Source: an uncultured Verrucomicrobiae bacterium (GTDB lineage Bacteria; Verrucomicrobiota; Verrucomicrobiia; Chthoniobacterales; JAFAMB01). From it: a DNA stretch of 64,000 nt. This document shows, piece after piece, positions 19,780 to 29,865 of the stretch; the stretch's first letter is position 1, and every line of letters begins with the position of its first letter. The position numbers were made by a program, and so were the translations under genes. The notes below the pieces were generated by a model. It was not told the origin of the DNA, did no database searches, and saw only the letters and a program-made list of their open reading frames with translations. The DNA lies in contig CAWAIK010000001.1 of NCBI GenBank assembly GCA_963782115.1, positions 736,001-800,000 of the forward strand. The letters run 5' to 3'.

Positions 19780-21359
19780 GAGTGGGTGTTGGATTGCTGC
19801 TTGGGCAGGTAAGCCGGAGGCAGTCCGGTGATAGCGTATTGTTGAATTAACTTTTGCAGGAGCGGCGCCATGCTGGAGGGCGCCGGCCACACAGCCGCCG
19901 TGGGCTTATCCAGTGCAGAGCCTTTAGCGGCACGCTCGCCTTGAGCGTTTTTTCGTTTATCCAGGGGAAAGAGCCGGCAGAGGATGGCGCCGGTTTTGGG
20001 TTCAACCAGATGGACTTGACTCAAATCCCAGAAAGCCGCCCGCACACTGAGCCGTTGGAAATGGTGGTAACGGGAAGGGATCTCAAAACGGATACCCTTC
20101 AGACTGATGGTGCCGTCGGATCGGCGCTGGGTACGACCCGTTTCGGCCGTGAAGGCCATTTTAAGTTCGGCACTGGATGGACAGGGCCGCCCGACGTCGC
20201 GGTGATGAAGGTAACATTGCAAAGGGGCTTCTCCAAGTTCAGTATGGACGGACCGGTTGTATTCCATCTCGATCCAGGCCAGCGTGGCTTCATTGAGCCG
20301 ATCAAGAGTCAGATCGGCGACGCCTTCGAGCATCGGCAACAGACGCCCCTCGATCTCGTTCCAAAACGATTCCTGTTTGCCATTCTGAAAAGGCGCATAG
20401 GGCAATGTTTTTTCATGTAGGATACCCAGTCGTGCCAAGCCCTCCGTTGTCTCGGCTGCGAGCATGGCCGAGCCATTGTCGCTCATTAGAGCCCGAGGCA
20501 GGGCTCGCTTTTGCAAGGCCTGGCAAAAACCGTGACAGAGCTCTTCGGCTCCTTCGGCCAGATACCATTGGGCATGGCAGCACAAGCGGGAATGGTCATC
20601 GATGATCCCCAGCAGCAGTGGGTAAAACCAACCGCCCTTATCGAGCAAGACGCGTAGCGAACCGTGATGAAAATCCAGATGCCACAGAGCATTGACATAC
20701 TCGCTCTCATAGCTGCGGATCTCCCGGGCCTCGATGCGATGCTCGGTGGCCTGGGCGCCCGGACTATGAACCGGTCCACGGCGTGGGCGCTTGATCAAGC
20801 CGTGAACTTTCATGAAGCGCATAACCGATGCATAGGAAGGAACTGCTGCGCCAAGAGTCGGCTCCTTTTCGATTAGCACGGCCAGGTTGTCCACGTGCAA
20901 TTGGTAGCTCCAGTTAGGATGCTGGCGATATTGAGCAGTCAGCAGTTCGCTCACCTTCGGACTCAAAGCGGGATGCCCACCCTGGTCAGAACGGATCTTG
21001 CGGCGCAACGCCCCCACAGGATCCTTCTTTTCGTTACGGGCTGTATAGAACCACCGCTCAATCGTCGAGAGACCAAATTGAACCCGGTGCCCGGTGATGG
21101 GATGCTGCCAATTTTTGGCGGCTAAACTTTTGAGTTGCTCCTGGAGCTCGCCCCGCTCCGGGGGAGCAGCTAACAATGGGCCGATCACGCTGAAGCGGAA
21201 GCGAGCCCATCGCTCGTGGGAACGAGGAAGCCCGGAAGGATTGGACATCGCGCTTTCCATTTTTTTTTGCTCGCCGTTGTGGCGACGCTCGCAGCTTCTA
21301 CCACCGCTGCCGCTGTTGCGGCCACCGGCATCCTCTGCGGGAGTTGGAATGAACCTCAC
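19776..21359 (-). CDS. DDE (rve, IS481/Mu-like) transposase; start uncertain
   Basis: LWHLD, IDDHSR, SDNGSA, NGKQE, YNRSVH, Mu-like C-terminal DGTISL. Confidence 0.92.
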   Translation of the reverse strand: MRFIPTPAEDAGGRNSGSGGRSCERRHNGEQKKMESAMSNPSGLPRSHERWARFRFSVIGPLLAAPPERGELQEQLKSLAAKNWQHPITGHRVQFGLSTIERWFYTARNEKKDPVGALRRKIRSDQGGHPALSPKVSELLTAQYRQHPNWSYQLHVDNLAVLIEKEPTLGAAVPSYASVMRFMKVHGLIKRPRRGPVHSPGAQATEHRIEAREIRSYESEYVNALWHLDFHHGSLRVLLDKGGWFYPLLLGIIDDHSRLCCHAQWYLAEGAEELCHGFCQALQKRALPRALMSDNGSAMLAAETTEGLARLGILHEKTLPYAPFQNGKQESFWNEIEGRLLPMLEGVADLTLDRLNEATLAWIEMEYNRSVHTELGEAPLQCYLHHRDVGRPCPSSAELKMAFTAETGRTQRRSDGTISLKGIRFEIPSRYHHFQRLSVRAAFWDLSQVHLVEPKTGAILCRLFPLDKRKNAQGERAAKGSALDKPTAAVWPAPSSMAPLLQKLIQQYAITGLPPAYLPKQQSNTHS

Positions 21360-21943
21360 ATAGCGAGCTCCTTCCAGGCGGCGGGAGCGGTGATCGGCCT
21401 CAGGAACTGGAGCACCGCCAGCAGGCGCTGGCGCTCCTGGAGCTCAAAACTCAACCACAACGACAAAGGCAGCGTCGGTTCGCACAACGGCGGCATGAAC
21501 CGGGCACGGGCGGCCTTCCAGAAGGAGCTGCGGACGAAGCTCTCCAGCCACCATTGGCGCCAACGCTTCACGGTGCGCGAGTCGATTTGCAATGCTTCAC
21601 GGATCCGACGGACCCGTCCCGGCTTGAGGCCATGAAGCATCGTCGTGATCAATACGACCACCAGGCCCGCGTAGACCCTGCGCCCCAGGAAGCGCACCGA
21701 CTCCGGGGTTCGCCGTCGCCGGCAATCTTCTTGGGCGCAACAAAAGCTATAGCGCCGGTCCCATTGCGGGCCGCCACGAGGTTTGCGATCGTAATCGGCA
21801 CGATGCAGCTTCCCGCGGCAAAAAAGACAGCCCTTTTGACAAGCCTCCTGGGCCAAATCCGCATCGACTTTCTCCAGAAGTTGGTGTAACTCTTGATCCG
21901 CCAGATGGTTCTGGCACCAAGTCTCGCCGTTCATAGTTTTCAC
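21356..21943 (-). CDS. Cys-rich/HTH accessory protein of the transposon
   Basis: CLFC...CC..C, IDSRTVKRWRQWW helix-turn-helix-like segment. Confidence 0.75.
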   Translation of the reverse strand: MKTMNGETWCQNHLADQELHQLLEKVDADLAQEACQKGCLFCRGKLHRADYDRKPRGGPQWDRRYSFCCAQEDCRRRRTPESVRFLGRRVYAGLVVVLITTMLHGLKPGRVRRIREALQIDSRTVKRWRQWWLESFVRSSFWKAARARFMPPLCEPTLPLSLWLSFELQERQRLLAVLQFLRPITAPAAWKELAM

Positions 21944-21962
21944 ACCTTAAGACGGAAAGCAA

Positions 21963-21994
21963 AAGCCCCTTGGGAGCAAGCTCCCAAGGGGCTT
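21963..21994 (-). terminator. Strong hairpin upstream of transposon operon
   Basis: AAGCCCCTTGGGAGC-AA-GCTCCCAAGGGGCTT, followed by T-run on minus strand. Confidence 0.75.
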
Positions 21995-22104
21995 CAAATT
22001 AAAGGGCCGGATCAATCACACAAGCTGAGGGACAACGCGACTTTCCATCGCTGACCTCGCAGAAAACCTCTTTATTCCCCCCTCGATTTTCGACCCAAAT
22101 CTCA

Positions 22105-22412
22105 CAATCAGCACCGGGAACGGTACGGGATAAGAACGCTTTAATAAGTTCGTTGGTAAAAGGTGTTCCGTCTAAACGAGTATAGCAAATGCGCCAAAGT
22201 TTGCCGTTGAAGCAATCGGCTTCCATACCGTACCGTTGAGACTGGAAATCATATCCGATGTCCCCATTAGGACCATTAGAGGCTCGACGTACTTTCAAAA
22301 CTTGACCCCAAGATTGCTTGCATTCGGAAAGAGTACTACCCAGGCCGATTCCAGCATGTGCTGTTATAACGAATAGGGCGAGAGCGGAGGCGAGTATTAG
22401 AAACTTCTTCAT
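22105..22412 (-). pseudogene. Secreted 'GxGLGSTL' family paralogue, 5' part (3' part at ~17502-17564)
   Basis: MKKFLILASALALFVITAHA signal; continues WTEIDDDGVTFLTDVNGKSYG beyond the transposon. Confidence 0.9.
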
Positions 22413-22428
22413 TCTCCCCAGGTGGGTT

Positions 22429-23193
22429 TTATTGACTTTTTTGAAATGCTCTCTCTTTTAGACGGTCTTCTGACCGATGAGCGATTGCATCAAATGCGTC
22501 ACCAAATTTTTGGTCATCTGCCGGTTGTAGGAGAGCTTTATTGTGAAAGTAATCTCTCCAATCGGCCTGATGCATCCCGATTACAAACCAGTTGTACTTC
22601 ATGTCGTTACTGGGTAGCATTTTGTCCTTATTCCATGCCGCTAATGCAAGTTCTTCTACCGTATGGGTCGGCGCTGCCGGAGTCGGTGTAGCCCGAGCCG
22701 CAGCCTTAGCCTTACTTTCGTCAAAACACGCTTGGGTTCTGATGTCTAACGCACCGTTGTCAGGATTTTTCAAACTATTTCTATCAAAGATGCTCACCCA
22801 AATATACGAAGGAGTACCTTCCTTGCCCGTAGTCCAAGTGTCCCTTTCGGCGAATCCAAATTCGTTCGGTTTATAAGTCCACACACCAGAAGAAGTAACG
22901 GCCAAGAATTGCTGTATTAGTTCATCGGTAAAAATTCCGTTGTCACGTTTGTAAGAGACCCATATAGATTTCCCGTTAAGAAATGATGCATCGATTTTAT
23001 AGCCTTGTGAATGAAATTCATAATAGCCGTCCGAGGCACCTGAGGGGTCGATGGTGTGCGTTGATGGACCAAAGGATTTTTCACATTCAACGAGTGTACC
23101 ATTTAGACCGATTCCCGCTTGAGTGGATGCCTGAGAGCTTACGGTCATTGCCAAGGCCATTAGAAGGATTTTGTTCAGTTGCATAACGGACAC
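22429..23193 (-). CDS. Secreted two-domain protein, divergent 'GIGL' family member
   Basis: Signal peptide, AGIGLNGTLVECEKSFG...YEFHSQGY...FLNGK, PT linker. Confidence 0.8.
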   Translation of the reverse strand: MSVMQLNKILLMALAMTVSSQASTQAGIGLNGTLVECEKSFGPSTHTIDPSGASDGYYEFHSQGYKIDASFLNGKSIWVSYKRDNGIFTDELIQQFLAVTSSGVWTYKPNEFGFAERDTWTTGKEGTPSYIWVSIFDRNSLKNPDNGALDIRTQACFDESKAKAAARATPTPAAPTHTVEELALAAWNKDKMLPSNDMKYNWFVIGMHQADWRDYFHNKALLQPADDQKFGDAFDAIAHRSEDRLKERAFQKSQ

Positions 23194-23782
23194 CTTCGAC
23201 CATGTCTAAACATCATCGCCCGCATAAGTATTGCTTCTTGTGCGACTTAGCGGCAGCGGCTGCGGGCGGAGCGAAATTGGCGGCGCTGCGTGAGGCGGTA
23301 GAAGCAGATCCCGTATTGCACGAATTGGCCGAGACACCGCTGATGCTCAGCATAATGAGCCTAGCCTATCAGGGAGTGGACGGTAACGGATTGACCGGGC
23401 AGAAAGTGGTTTCACTCGAAGAACGCCGAAAGCGGATCTTTGGACTTTACGTCGAGCAGATGTTTCACCGGAGAGGAACGGCTTCTCTTGTGTTTCCTAA
23501 GGAGAAAATCATCGGTTGGCTCTCGTGGCTGGCTGGGAAGATGAGCGAACACTCGCAGTCGGTCTTTCTCGTAGAGGGACTTCAACCGAGTTGGTTAGGC
23601 ACAAGAGCTAAACGGATAGCATATAAGGTCATTACAGTTCTGATTTTTTGGCTGATTTTTTGGCCGATTATCGGGCTGATCGGCGGGTTGTTCTTCGGGC
23701 TGATCGGCAGTTTCGTACTCACCCCGGTTAATAAAATCCACTTGGTGGAAACAGTAAGTTGGAATTGGCATGAGTCTTGGGC

Positions 23783-25280
23783 TGCTCTTAGTTTGACTTT
23801 GTAATTTTTAAATTGACGTTTTCCCGAATTTTTGCTGACTTGACTCTCAGCTCTAATGGAGAAGCAATTCTAAATCCGAAGAACATAGTGAAATCAAGAA
23901 GAGCCCCCTGAGAGGGGTGGCAGATCGATTTCTAAGTTTTGTGATGAGTTACGCCGAGCATTTTATAAGTTATCGGCGGGATGTGTCTGAGAAGGCTAGG
24001 CAGTATGCTTCCGGCTTGATGCAGGCAGGCTCGCGTAAAAATATCTACGCGATTTCAGAGGTAGTGCCGGAGACCGACGAACGAAATCTGCAGCAGTTTA
24101 TCACTCACTCTAAATGGAGCACGCGTGAAGTGCTTGATCATGTGGCACGCGATGCAGATGAGTTGATCGGGGATACAACGGACGCCGCGCTGATTATCGA
24201 CGAGAGTGGGTTTGCCAAACAAGGCAAGATGTCTGTCGGCGCCAGTCGTCAATACCTAGGGCGATTGGGTAAGGTCGATAATGGGCAGGTGGCAGTCTTC
24301 GGAGTTTTGGCCAAGGGACGTTTTGCCACAGCCATTGATACTCGGCTCTACTTGCCCAAAGAATGGACCGATGATCCGCAGCGATGCAACCGGGCTGGCA
24401 TCCCGGAAAGCGAACAGGTCTTTAAGACCAAAAACCAACTGGCTCTGGAAATCGTTGAGCAGGCCCGTCGCAACGGAGTGCGCTTTGGCTGGGTTGGAGC
24501 CGATGCGGGCTATGGCAGCGGTCCGGATTTTCTCTTTGCTTTGGAGGATGGCGGCCACAACTTCCTGGTCGACGTTCACAAGAGCTTCATGGTCTACGAG
24601 ATTGATCCGCAGCCCGCCATTCCACCAGAGCCTTCAAGTAAGGGGCCCAAAGCAAGGCGCAAGATTACCGGAAAGAAGGGTCTGAGCGTCGAGGAGTTGG
24701 TGGAATCATACTCCCTGAAAGATTGGAAGATTTGCAATGTCAGAGAAACTACTCGGGGCTCGCTCAAACTTCGGGTGTTACGTAAGAGCGTAGATGTGTG
24801 GGACAAGCAGAGCGAGCAGGCGCGTCGCTATGAACTCTTGGTCACCGAGAACATGGACGGAGAAGATCGGAAGTATTCATTGACCAACCTAAATCCGTCG
24901 ACCTCGACGCGGCGTCTAAGCTGGATGCAGAGACAACGCTATTGGGTAGAACGGTGCTTTGAGGATGGCAAGGGTCAGTGCGGCATGGCGGACTACCAGG
25001 TGCGCCTTTGGAATGCGTGGCACCATCATATGGCACTGGTGATGATGGCAATGCTCTTCATGCTGACCGAAAAACTCCAGATGAAAGACCAATGCCCTTT
25101 GCTAAGTTGCGCGGACATCGAGAAGTTGCTAGCGGCATTCCTACCGCGAAAGGACGCGAGCCCAGAGCAAGTCTATAGTCATATGAAGCGTCGCCACGAA
25201 ATGCGAAGACGAGCGATCGAGTCTCACGCCAAATGCAATGCGCAGCGGCGATCTAAAGTAACGTAGTCAAATTAGGAGCA
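23783..25280 (+). mobile_element. IS701-family element
   Basis: Imperfect IRs TGCTCTTAGTTTGACT / AGTCAAATTAGGAGCA; no clear target duplication. Confidence 0.8.
23917..25266 (+). CDS. IS701-family transposase
   Basis: IIDESGFAKQGKMSVG, RQYLG..GKVDNGQ, ADAGYG, RYWVERCFEDGK. Confidence 0.93.
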   Translation: MADRFLSFVMSYAEHFISYRRDVSEKARQYASGLMQAGSRKNIYAISEVVPETDERNLQQFITHSKWSTREVLDHVARDADELIGDTTDAALIIDESGFAKQGKMSVGASRQYLGRLGKVDNGQVAVFGVLAKGRFATAIDTRLYLPKEWTDDPQRCNRAGIPESEQVFKTKNQLALEIVEQARRNGVRFGWVGADAGYGSGPDFLFALEDGGHNFLVDVHKSFMVYEIDPQPAIPPEPSSKGPKARRKITGKKGLSVEELVESYSLKDWKICNVRETTRGSLKLRVLRKSVDVWDKQSEQARRYELLVTENMDGEDRKYSLTNLNPSTSTRRLSWMQRQRYWVERCFEDGKGQCGMADYQVRLWNAWHHHMALVMMAMLFMLTEKLQMKDQCPLLSCADIEKLLAAFLPRKDASPEQVYSHMKRRHEMRRRAIESHAKCNAQRRSKVT

Positions 25281-26577
25281 CGCTGATTTTCGGGCCGATT
25301 GTCGGGCTGATCGGCGGGCTGCGCCTTGGGCTGATGACCGGCCTGCTCGCCGTTATGGGTGGTTTGTTGAGCGTCAGTTTGCATTATGGATTTACCCCTA
25401 AGGTCAAAGTGGGCAAAGCATCTCCGAATCAAGGGATCAAGCTGTCGCTGAGAAGTTCTTCGGTTGTATTCCTCGTTACCTCGTCGAGCGCCGGACTGAT
25501 CTTCGGGCTGTTTGGGTTTTTCGTGCCGGTTGTTCTGGTCCTGTTGGCGCTGCTCTTTGGGTTGTTTGTCGGGTTAAGCCGAGGGGGTTCAGCCGTAATC
25601 AAGCACTGTGCGCTACGACTGGTTCTTTGGCGGAAGGAATATACGCCTCTCAATATTGTCAAGTTCCTCAACCAATGCGCCAGACTTACTTTCCTGAAGA
25701 AAGTGGGCGGTGGCTACATCTTCATCCACCGGATGCTACTTGATTACTTCGCCGATTTGACTCCTAAATCCACAAAAGGTGGTGATGGAAAAACGGGTCG
25801 GCCAGACCTTATTGCTTAACGTTTTCATATCTTCTGCGATTCGTCGAAACTGTTCCAACGCTGCTGCCAATTCCTCGCAATCTCCAGAGCGAGCACGTTC
25901 GCATCTGGAAGGTTGGCAGCTATCTTCGAGCGAGCCGTTTATCAGCCAGAAATATCGGGGTTTAATTTGTCCCGTTTGAGCAACTCGTCGTAGTTGAAGC
26001 CCTTGAACCGCTCGCTTTCGGGTGCGTTCATGGCGGTTCTCGGCGTGGAAGCTTCAGACGAATTCGTCGAGACCAGAACGTTTCAGCGTTCTTTCTTTCA
26101 GAGTGAAGTGCTGATTGTTCCTTTTCGCCGCATTGATTAAAGAGACGTCCCTTGGAGTGGAGCGATTCCTTTTCTAAGCCCACCAGCGCTCCCGCCGCTA
26201 AGGCTATGACCGAGGCCGAAGTCCCTCGCAGCCGGGTCGCAATGTAGGTAAAGTGTGTGCTCCAGCCGCATGGGACCAACCAGTATTCCGGAGTTGGTAA
26301 TGTTGCCACGTCCAGATCGCTAAACCCGTCCAGTTTGGCTAAGGAATTGCCACAACCTTCACAAACCTGATCTCCTTTTTCGGATCTGGTAAGTTCGCTT
26401 GAAACCTTCCAGGAGAAAGAAAAGAATAGTCTGTGCTTTCGCTCACGACTTGTTTGGCGGAATTGTATCCGACAAGTTTCATCGCAGAAACATCTGATTG
26501 CGCAACACCGTAGACGCACAAAACATTACCAGCCCAGCGATTACTCGTTACAGTAGGTGCACCGACATAATTGGAAG

Positions 26578-26940
26578 CTATCGGAGCTGGGGTTGGAATG
26601 TCGGAGCAGATTTGATTATTGCGACGGTCGCAGCAGCCGGAGTAGCAGGAGCCCGATAAGTTCCGTCTACTAATGAGTCTAAGACACTCAAAAATTCACC
26701 AGCATATATGTCTTTAAACGTTCCAGTAAAGCTGTGGTATCTGGCGTTTACATAAGCCGCTTCGATTTGAGAACTACTGTCCTCCTTGGCACCAGAATGG
26801 AAGTATTGTTTTGCATCCATCTCTGCAATTCGATCTAGATTATCAAGCTCGTCGTTACTGGATATGGAATTTTGGGCTTGAAGCGAGCAGACCGTCATCG
26901 TCAATCCGGTGACGGTCAACAGCAAAAAGTTCGTCTTCAT
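26578..26940 (-). CDS. Secreted hypothetical protein
   Basis: MKTNFLLL...LQA signal peptide. Confidence 0.65.
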   Translation of the reverse strand: MKTNFLLLTVTGLTMTVCSLQAQNSISSNDELDNLDRIAEMDAKQYFHSGAKEDSSSQIEAAYVNARYHSFTGTFKDIYAGEFLSVLDSLVDGTYRAPATPAAATVAIIKSAPTFQPQLR

Positions 26941-26943
26941 ACC

Positions 26944-27411
26944 TTATAAATTGTGGAGGATGGGTTTATGAACGTCTTTACTCGCCGTTTCGGAATTCCT
27001 TTGCGGCTTGGAGGTTTTAGCGTGTTGGACGGTTTCCTGTTGGTCTCTTAGAGCGGCGGCTTTCTTAGCGTTTTTAGTCTGAGCTTTCATTTCATCGGCT
27101 TCGACAAACGGAGTGGGCGTTGGTTCGGGAGCCGGAGCGGCAACAACAGAGGTGTCGGGTGTCAGTTCGCTTACCGCTCTTTCCGATTTTACCGTGTTTG
27201 TAGCCGGAACAGAGTTAATATTATCAACTCTGGTTGGCGACCAAAGGCAGAAGGCTCCAAAGATTAAAATAAGAAAAAGTAAAGCCGTAAACACGTTACG
27301 GGCGGGTGGGTGAGCTAGAGTCACGGCACCAAAAATGAAAAATATGATGAGTAGCGGCAAAATGGTATTGGCTAAGGCGCAATACAGCGCACTACTTTGA
27401 TGCTTCGGCAT
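26944..27411 (-). CDS. Membrane protein with Pro/Thr-rich tail
   Basis: Two TM helices, PAPEPTPTP. Confidence 0.65.
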   Translation of the reverse strand: MPKHQSSALYCALANTILPLLIIFFIFGAVTLAHPPARNVFTALLFLILIFGAFCLWSPTRVDNINSVPATNTVKSERAVSELTPDTSVVAAPAPEPTPTPFVEADEMKAQTKNAKKAAALRDQQETVQHAKTSKPQRNSETASKDVHKPILHNL

Positions 27412-27557
27412 TCTTGGCGATTTCCTGAGGGAAATCGGGCTGCAGTTTGGACATTTCGAGACCGCAACGCCGGGTAAAATCCACGATCTTCGCTAGCCGA
27501 AACTTTTAAATTTTTCTGCTGGTTTCGGAAATCCGTTCGGTGTAATGACTTCCGAGA

Positions 27558-28451
27558 ATGGAGTCATTATATGTTCAGAGCCGCACGTTAGAAGCAAAGG
27601 ATCTGGAATGGATCCGTCAACTCATTGACGCTCATCCCGGCTGGAACCGCACCAAGCTCTCTCAGCACATTGCGCAACGGTGGGAGTGGCGAAATCACGC
27701 CGGCCAGCTCAAGGATATGTCCTGCCGCACGATGCTCCTAAAACTGGAGCAAAAGCGCTTGATCTGCTTGCCGGCCCGCCAGAAGCCCTCCAATAACGGC
27801 TGCGCTTTTCGCCCAGTGGCTCCGCCGATGGCCCAGCAGCTCGTGGAGCCGATCGATAGCCAGCTCAAGATGTTAGAGCCGCTCTGCATCGTCCCGGCGC
27901 AGAGCCCCGAAGAGTTGGCTCTCTTTGACTGGCTTTTGTGGCGTTATCACTATCTGCCTTACAACGGAGCAGCCGGTGAGAACATCAAGTATTTGGTTTT
28001 TGATGGTCGCGCTCGTCCGTTGGCCTGCCTGCTTTACGGGGCCGCGGCGTGGAAGCTCGCAGTTCGTGACCAGCTCATCGGCTGGAGTAAGCAGCAGCGT
28101 GAAGTCAACCTGTGCTACCTCGTCAACAACCAGCGTTTTTTGATCCTGCCTTGGGTGCGCGTCAAAAATCTGGCTTCTTATTTGTTAAGCGCTTCGCTTT
28201 CGATGCTCTCCGCCCATTGGCAGCTCAAGTATGGTCATCCTATCTACTTGGCCGAGACCTTTGTCGAGTGCGAGCGCTTCCGCGGAACCTGCTATCGAGC
28301 CGCCAACTGGAGCTGGCTGGGCCAAACTCAGGGCCGTGGCCGTAACGACCGCTCTCGGCTCTCTCGGGTGCCGATCAAAGACATTTATGTGCGGGCGCTC
28401 TGCAAGGACTTTCGCCAACGTCTAACCCAGAGCTTGCGACGATGCTCTTAG
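27558..28451 (+). CDS. DUF4338 (DruA-like, Mom/GNAT-like) protein
   Basis: HYL, RDQLIGW, NNQRFLILPWV, ETFV, GTCYRAANW..LGQTQGRGR. Confidence 0.85.
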   Translation: MESLYVQSRTLEAKDLEWIRQLIDAHPGWNRTKLSQHIAQRWEWRNHAGQLKDMSCRTMLLKLEQKRLICLPARQKPSNNGCAFRPVAPPMAQQLVEPIDSQLKMLEPLCIVPAQSPEELALFDWLLWRYHYLPYNGAAGENIKYLVFDGRARPLACLLYGAAAWKLAVRDQLIGWSKQQREVNLCYLVNNQRFLILPWVRVKNLASYLLSASLSMLSAHWQLKYGHPIYLAETFVECERFRGTCYRAANWSWLGQTQGRGRNDRSRLSRVPIKDIYVRALCKDFRQRLTQSLRRCS

Positions 28452-29809
28452 AGAACTTACTCCATTTGCTGGGAGGCTGGGCGCCCGCCTTCTGCCAAAA
28501 GCGTACCTGTCAGCGGGCCATCGCACTGGCGCTCGGCTTACTCTGCGGCTTAGGACGTCGCACCGTCACCCGCGCCATCTGCTTTAACAACCGCCAGCAT
28601 CAGGACTGGAGCGCCGATTACAAGCTCTTCAACCGCAGTCGGTGGGAGCCAGAGGCCCTTTTTGAGCCGGTCATCCAGACCGCCGTCGGCCAATACTGCC
28701 CAAAACAGATCGTGGTCGGCTTAGATGACACCGGAATCAAACGTTCGGGCAAAAAAATTAAGACGGCCTACTGGCAGCGTGATCCACTGAGTCCACCTTT
28801 TCACACCAATCTCATGTTCGGTCAGCGTTTCCTCCAGGCCTCGCTGCTCACGCCTCTCTACGACTTTGATGGAGAAAGTTCACCGCGCAGCCTGCCCATC
28901 CGTTTTGAAGAAGTTACTCCAGTGCGCAAGCCGGGAAAAAAGGCGACCCCGGAACAAAAGGCCGCTTACCGTCAGGCAAAAAAGACTCACAATCTCTCGA
29001 CGGCCTTTGTCGAGATGCTAGGCGGACTGCGCCGAGACATTGACTCCCAGGGTTTTGCAGAGAACCTCATTGCCGTGGGCGATGGCTCTTTCTGCAACAA
29101 AACCACCTTCCGCCAACCTTTGGATCGCACCATTCTCATCACGCGAGCTCGCAAAGACCTGCGACTCTGTTTTCCCTATCAGGGGCCAGCTCGTCGCTAT
29201 TATGGAACCGAACTCTTCAGCCCCGAAATGGTCTATCAAGACTCGACCATCCCCTGGAAAGAGACCAAAATCTTTCATGGCTCTAGATTCCGCAAGATTC
29301 GCTTTAAGGAAGTCGGCCAACTACTCTGGCAACGTGGAGGTCGCCGCCGGCTTTTGCGGCTCTTTGTCCTCGCTCCCACTCCCTATCGCAAGACCAAAGA
29401 GGGACCGTTCTATTACCGGGAAAGGGCCTACCTGTTGTGCGACGACAACCAGTTGCCGGCCCAAAAACTTTTGCAAGCTTACTTCGATCGTTGGCAAATT
29501 GAAGTCAACCATCGCGACGAAAAGAGCATCCTTGGAGTGGGGCAGGCACAGGTCTGGGCGGATTTGAGCGTGCCGCGGGTCCCGGCTCTGATGGTCGCGA
29601 CCTACAGCTTAATGCTCTTGAGCGTCTTAGAGACCCATGGACCAAAGCGCACCGAAGACTATGAACCGCTACCCAAGTGGCGCGACGCTGCCAGGCGCCC
29701 CTCCTGCCAGGACGCGGTCACACTCTTGCGCAAACAGATTGAGGGCCGCCAAGGCACGCCTACAAACGTCATTGGGTACCCCTCTATGGTTCAGACCGCT
29801 GCGGCCTGA
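28442..29809 (+). CDS. DDE transposase (IS701/IS4-like)
   Basis: VGLDDT, VGDGSF, YFDRWQIEVNHRDEK. Confidence 0.9.
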   Translation: MLLENLLHLLGGWAPAFCQKRTCQRAIALALGLLCGLGRRTVTRAICFNNRQHQDWSADYKLFNRSRWEPEALFEPVIQTAVGQYCPKQIVVGLDDTGIKRSGKKIKTAYWQRDPLSPPFHTNLMFGQRFLQASLLTPLYDFDGESSPRSLPIRFEEVTPVRKPGKKATPEQKAAYRQAKKTHNLSTAFVEMLGGLRRDIDSQGFAENLIAVGDGSFCNKTTFRQPLDRTILITRARKDLRLCFPYQGPARRYYGTELFSPEMVYQDSTIPWKETKIFHGSRFRKIRFKEVGQLLWQRGGRRRLLRLFVLAPTPYRKTKEGPFYYRERAYLLCDDNQLPAQKLLQAYFDRWQIEVNHRDEKSILGVGQAQVWADLSVPRVPALMVATYSLMLLSVLETHGPKRTEDYEPLPKWRDAARRPSCQDAVTLLRKQIEGRQGTPTNVIGYPSMVQTAAA

Positions 29810-29865
29810 GCGGCTACACCTCAATATGGCGTTGTTAGGAAGCGTTGGAGATGTCCAAACTGCAG

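Larger units (their letters stand above)
17565..22104 (-). mobile_element. Four-gene DDE transposon (4540 bp)
   Basis: TGAGA...TCTCA termini, CAA duplication (17562-17564 / 22105-22107); removal restores the reading frame of the interrupted gene. Confidence 0.88.
23255..25819 (+). pseudogene. NACHT-family NTPase C-terminal/membrane region, 5'-truncated and IS701-interrupted
   Basis: ELAETPLMLSIM, WLSWLA, Gly-rich TM repeats, KVGGGYIFIHRMLLDYFA. Confidence 0.85.
27440..29865 (+). mobile_element. Two-gene IS (DUF4338 + DDE transposase), 2426 bp
   Basis: 18-bp IRs CTGCAGTTTGGACAT(T/C)TC; no flanking duplication. Confidence 0.88.

Noticed and set aside
21999..22104. C-terminus of the 137-aa ORF
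   Set aside because: Read-through into the transposon end, not native sequence.
27558..28451. Complete Druantia defence system
   Set aside because: No DruE helicase or other dru genes; the gene is inside IS ends.
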